From the NCBI RefSeq assembly GCF_044704955.1, contig NC_091995.1:19840001-19904000 (forward strand): 64,000 bases of DNA. The letters are read 5' to 3'. The translations under genes and the position numbers were made by a program. This stretch comes from Pristiophorus japonicus. Lineage: Eukaryota. Under the pieces are notes generated by a model that was not told the origin of the DNA, ran no database searches, and saw only the letters and a list, made by a program, of their open reading frames with translations. This document shows, piece by piece, positions 62,238 to 64,000 of this stretch. Position 1 is the stretch's first letter; every line of letters starts with the position of its first letter.

Positions 62238-64000
62238 AGAAACATAGAAAAATAGGTGCAGGAGTAGGCCATTCGGCCCTTCGCACCTGCACCGCCATTC
62301 AATAAGATCATGGCTGATCATTCCCTCAGTACCCCGTTCCTGCTTTCTCTCCAAAACCCTTGATCCCCTTAACCGTAAGAGCCATATCTAACTCCCTCTT
62401 GAATATATCCAGTGAACTGGCATCAACAACTCTCTGCGGCAGGGAATTCCACAGGTTAACAACTCTGAGTGAAGAAGTTTCTCCTCATCTCAGTCCTAAA
62501 TGGACTACCCCTTATCCTAAGACTATGTCCCCTGGTTCTGGACTTCCCCAACATCGGAAACATTCTTCCCGCATCTAACCTGTCCAGTCCCATCAGAATC
62601 TTATATGTTTCTATGAGAGCCCCTCTCATCCTTCTAAACTCCAGTGAATAAAGGCCCAGTTGATCCAGTCTCTCCTCAAATGACCGCCCAGCCATCCCTG
62701 GAATCAGTCTGGTGAACCTTCACTGCACTCCTTCAATAGCAAGAACGTCCTTCCTCAGACTAGGAGACCAAAACTGAACACAATATTCCAGGTGAGGCCT
62801 CATTAAGGCCCTGTACAACTGCAGTAAGACCTCCATGCTCCTGCACTCAAATCCCCTAGCTATGAAGGCCAACATACCATTTGCCTTCTTTACCACCTGC
62901 TGTACCAGAAGAATGAGAGGGGACCTCATAGAAACGTTTAAAATTCTGACGGGTTTGGACAGGTTGGATGCAGGAAGAATGTTCCCAATGTTGGGGAAGT
63001 CCAGAACCAGGGGTCACAGTCTAAGGATAAGGGGTAAGCCATTTAGGACCGAGATGAGGAGAAACCTCTTCACCCAGAGAGTGGTGAACCTGTGGAATTC
63101 TCTACCACAGAAAGTAGTTGAGGCCAATTCACTAAATATATTCAAAAGGGAGTTAGATGAAGTCCGGACTACTCGGGGGATCAAGGGGTATGGCGTGAAA
63201 GCAGGAAGGGGGTACTGAAGTTTCATGTTCAGCCATGAACTCATTGAATGGCGGTGCAGGCTAGAAGGGCTGAATGGCCTGCTCCTGCACCTATTTTCTA
63301 CGTTTCTATGTTTCTATGTACCTGCGTGCCCGCTTTCAGTGACTGATGAACCATGACACCCAGGTCTCGTTGCACCTCCCCTTTTCCTAATCTGCCGCCA
63401 TTCAGATAATATTCTGCCTTCATGTTTTTGCCCCCAAAATGGATAACCTCACATTTATCCACATTTGCCCACTCACCAAACCTGTCCAAGTCACCCTGCA
63501 GCCTCTTAGAGTCCTCCTCACAGCTCACACCGCCACCCAGCTTAGTGTCATCTGCAAACTTGGAGATATTACACTCTATTCCTTCATCCAAATCATTAAT
63601 GTATATTGTAAAGTGCTGGGTTCCCGGCACTGAGCCCTGCGGCACTCCACTAGTCACTGCTTGCCATTCTGAAAAGGACCCGTTTATCCAGACTCTTTAC
63701 TTCCTGTCTGCCAACCCCCCAGTTCCAGATCACGTCAGTATATTACCCCTAATAGCATGTACTTTGATTTTGCACAACAATCTCTTGTGCGGGACCGTGT
63801 CAAAAGCCTTCTGAAAGTCCAAATACACCACATCCACTGGTTCTCCCTTGTCCACTCTGCTAGTTACATACTCAAAAAATTGCAGAAGATTCGTCAAGCA
63901 TGATTTCCCTTTCAGAAATCTATGCTGACTTGGTCCGATCCTGTCACCGCTTTCCAAATGCGCTGCTATTTCGTCCTTCATGATCGATTCCAACATTTTC
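62238..64000 (-). mobile_element. CR1 LINE in TRIM-B intron 3 (same insertion as 22925-27248)
   Basis: Same insertion point (ggtgttcagt|tagaaacatag) and shared private lesions such as the 'ggaactggggggttggcagac' frameshift. Confidence 0.9.
62907..63316 (+). mobile_element. Young 5'-truncated CR1 insertion with 6-bp TSD, specific to copy B
   Basis: tgtacc at 62901-62906 and 63317-63322; tail tttctacgtttctatgtttcta; absent from copy A. Confidence 0.88.

Overview
Repeat-rich vertebrate genomic DNA, most likely from a cartilaginous fish (shark-type CR1/L2/RTE LINEs, Deu-domain SINEs and Harbinger-like elements; this is inference). The gene content is typical of the MHC class I region. (i) An intact 6-exon RING/B-box/coiled-coil/PRY-SPRY TRIM gene lies on the minus strand (28517->20268, 476 aa). 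(ii) Its recent inverted duplicate starts at 60969 on the plus strand and runs off the window. (iii) Two partial, damaged copies of the 3' half of GNL1 (circularly permuted GTPase) lie at 506-1741 and 36623-38993, 36,117 bp apart, with largely complementary exon sets. The rest is nested transposons and minisatellites, several of which arose inside mobile elements. Most notable: an ISRE and a CTCF-like motif intact upstream of TRIM copy A but point-mutated in copy B; an 8-kb higher-order array of minisatellite plus LINE fragment containing a chimeric LINE; a spliced Harbinger Myb/SANT gene disrupted by a 13-bp repeat; and a LINE with a tRNA-SINE-like head. I found no convincing new protein-coding system, and most long ORFs in the track are repeat artefacts. 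All calls were made by eye without database searches.
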